A DNA stretch of 64,000 bases from contig JBHGNT010000005.1 in NCBI GenBank assembly GCA_043228905.1, positions 8,618,001 through 8,682,000 on the forward strand. Direction: 5' to 3'. The notes under the pieces are model-generated. The model saw only the letters and a list, made by a program, of their open reading frames with translations. It made no database searches and was not told where the DNA came from. The position numbers and the translations under genes are program-made. Position 1 is the stretch's first letter. Each line of letters starts with the position of its first letter. Below, in pieces: positions 61,857 through 64,000 of this stretch. The DNA is from Azolla caroliniana (lineage: Eukaryota > Plantae > Polypodiophyta).

Positions 61857-62047
61857 CACAAAGGAAACGTTATATTCCAATAGCAATAGTTACAAATTAC
61901 GACCAACCTTCACTAAAGGTTACAAAGTCACTTTATATAGTGACTATCCTAGGGCAACTACCCTTTATGCTATTTACAGAAATAGCCCGAACTTGGGTTG
62001 TCCAAAGGGACAGTGTGAATACGGTCATTATACACTCGTATTCGACA
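61731..62047 (-). mobile_element. Solo LTR of the copia A family inside the gypsy G gag zinc knuckle
   Basis: Homologous to 6407-6701. TSD ctgtc/ttgtc (1 mismatch). Removing it restores ...GHIAVNC|PHRPRR. Confidence 0.88.
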
Positions 62048-63301
62048 TTGTCCTCATAGGCCAAGAAGACAGGTGAACCAAATAGTTGCTAGTTCTAATT
62101 GTACTAAACCTGAGTCTATTTCAGTAGGAATATCTGATAGTCCTAATAGTACTAATAGCCCAAATCTATCGAACAAATTTGATGTCCTTAGTCAGTTAGA
62201 AGAAGAGTTAAATGACTAAGTCCAGCCAAAATAGGAGTCGTTTGGTTGGACATCCCTAGATCTGTGCAACCCATTAGTGGTTTGATTCCCTCTAAGCAAG
62301 TTAGCAATGTGTTCTTAGTCCAAGTAATAGTTAGTACTAAAAGTACCTCTCAAGTACATGTCTCAGCACTCCTAGATTCCGGAGCTAATTCTTGCTTCAT
62401 GGATAGGAATTTTGCCCAAGCTCATCAGATATCCCTAAGAAAACTCCCGTGTTCGGCCTCTGTAGTAGTCATTGATGGTCATCCCATTGCTTCCGAAAAT
62501 ATCATAGAAGAGTCAGAGCCCGTTAATATTGCCCTAGATAATTTAGCGTGTGTAGTATCCTTTAATATAATTAGTATCCCAGAACATCCCATTGTTTTGG
62601 GATTACCATGGTTCGAATTACATAACCCAGATATAGATTGGAGAACAAGGGAAATCCGGCATCCACAAACCCGAGGATCTACTCATAAGATTGCAACTAT
62701 TTCGCTACATCAGTTGCGTGAGGAAGGATGTAAGGAAGAAATGTTTTTCTTCGCAGTATTAGTAAAACCCTCCAACACCACTAAAGAGGAGTCCACTATT
62801 CAACTTCTAGAGAAGTATCGTCATTATGCCGATGTGTTCGATAAAGTACAAGCCAATACGCTTCCTCACCATCGACCGTATGATTGACCCATCGATTTAC
62901 AACCAGGAAAAGAGCCACTATGGGGACCGATCTACAATTTGTCACCAACTGAGCTAGAAGTCCTTCGAGCCTATATAGAGGAGAATTTGGCAAATGGTTT
63001 CATTTGACATTTGAAATCTCTAGTCGGCGCACCCATTTTCTTCGTCAAGAAAAAGGATGGATCACTTCGTCTCGTCGTAGATTACCGTGGCTTGAATAAG
63101 GTCACCATCACGAATAGGTAGGCACTTCCCCTTATCTCAAGTCTTTTAGAACGGATCAATGGTGCAAGGTTCTTCACAAAGATCGACTTACGAGGAGCAT
63201 ATAACCTCGTACGGATCCGACTAGGAGATGAATGGAAGACCGCGTTTCGCACCAGATATGGGCACTTCGAGTATACGGTCATGCCGTTTGGCCTCACTAA
63301 T

Positions 63302-63664
63302 TTTGAGACCTTTGGCATACATGGCTGATTCCACCTCATTGGAATCGAGGATGAACATTCGATCGTCTTTCCGTCCTTTAGCTATGAGTCAGCCATCTTT
63401 CTCAATGAAGCATCCTTCATTGGTGAACCGAACTTGCATGCCTTGCTCCATGATTTGGCCAACTGACACCAAATTCTTCGTTATTGTGGGTACGTGCAAG
63501 AAATTCTTGATGCAATTGTTTTGGCCGTCGCTTCCGAATGGAACGTTGCCGATGTGCTGAATGGGATGTGTGGTGTCATCTCCCGTCTCTATGAAGCCTG
63601 GTCGATCTAGCGTTCTTAAGACATGAAACCACTCTTGGTGTGACGTCATATGATGTGAGGCACG
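63302..63664 (-). pseudogene. Ty1/copia protease-region fragment
   Basis: ASHHMTSHQEWF...LHVPTITKNLVSVGQIMEQGMQVRF, with no LTR at either junction. Confidence 0.75.
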
Positions 63665-64000
63665 GGATGTTGATCATTGGTCGGACTAGCCACAACACAA
63701 GGTGTCCTCTCCCGGAACACTTCTCCAAAGGGGTGGTAGGGTTCCCTGCATCGGTCGTTGCGATCGCACTCATAGTCATCGTGTCTTCTGTCATTGTACC
63801 GATCCCCACGTTTTGGTCGGTAACGGTCCTCCCTCTGGAACCGTTTGTCATCCGGTTCGTGACTGCTACGTGGTTCAATGTTCCGCATCGGTGCCGCTTG
63901 TCGGTTGAGCAAGTTATACTCACATCGGTCCATTGTATGTGCCCGTGAGTGGCATATCATACACTACGTCCTCATTGTGCAGTCTACCGTAGAATGGCCC
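63665..64000 (-). pseudogene. Retroelement gag C-terminal fragment with tandem CCHC knuckles
   Basis: The minus strand reads GHSTVDCTMRT*CVICHSRAHTMDRC followed by an R/D-rich tail. Confidence 0.55.

Larger units (their letters stand above)
54607..63301 (+). mobile_element. Ty3/gypsy G, chromovirus-like (Sushi/Tcn1-type gag), degenerate, truncated within RT, host to two insertions
   Basis: LTR TGTCA (54607)...TGACA (60649), split by copia F. Gag EPKIGLPMKFDGTRSQFRGF...VGTLLSGSALAWF, knuckle CLYCGRPGHIAVNC, protease [32 protein letters not shown]...KIDLRGAYN...[10 protein letters not shown] ending at 63301. Confidence 0.85.

Overview
Land-plant nuclear DNA. Spliceosomal introns, tRNA-iMet-primed copia elements, (GA)n microsatellites and a Sushi/Tcn1-like gypsy suggest a non-seed plant such as a fern (inference). 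A two-gene island holds a 16-exon ACT-domain STY8/17/46-type kinase (34559-43075) and a 4-exon RPB5 (45107-47467). To its left is a five-deep nest of LTR retrotransposons (1-13.2 kb), further copia pieces (to 17.8 kb), and decayed TE sequence with a LINE and two hAT-type MITEs (to about 32 kb). To its right is a second nest (50-64 kb): a copia, a chromovirus-like gypsy, a complete copia with ACTCA TSDs, and a solo LTR. Three observations stand out. (1) Two highly diverged LTR elements carry a homologous coiled-coil gene antisense to, and just beyond, a tRNA-Arg-type PBS; the PBS looks bipartite and contains a covarying hairpin. (2) The gypsy has a Tf1-style self-priming signature instead of a tRNA PBS. 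(3) The same gypsy has a reconstructable -1 frameshift signal. All comparisons were made by eye; no searches were run.
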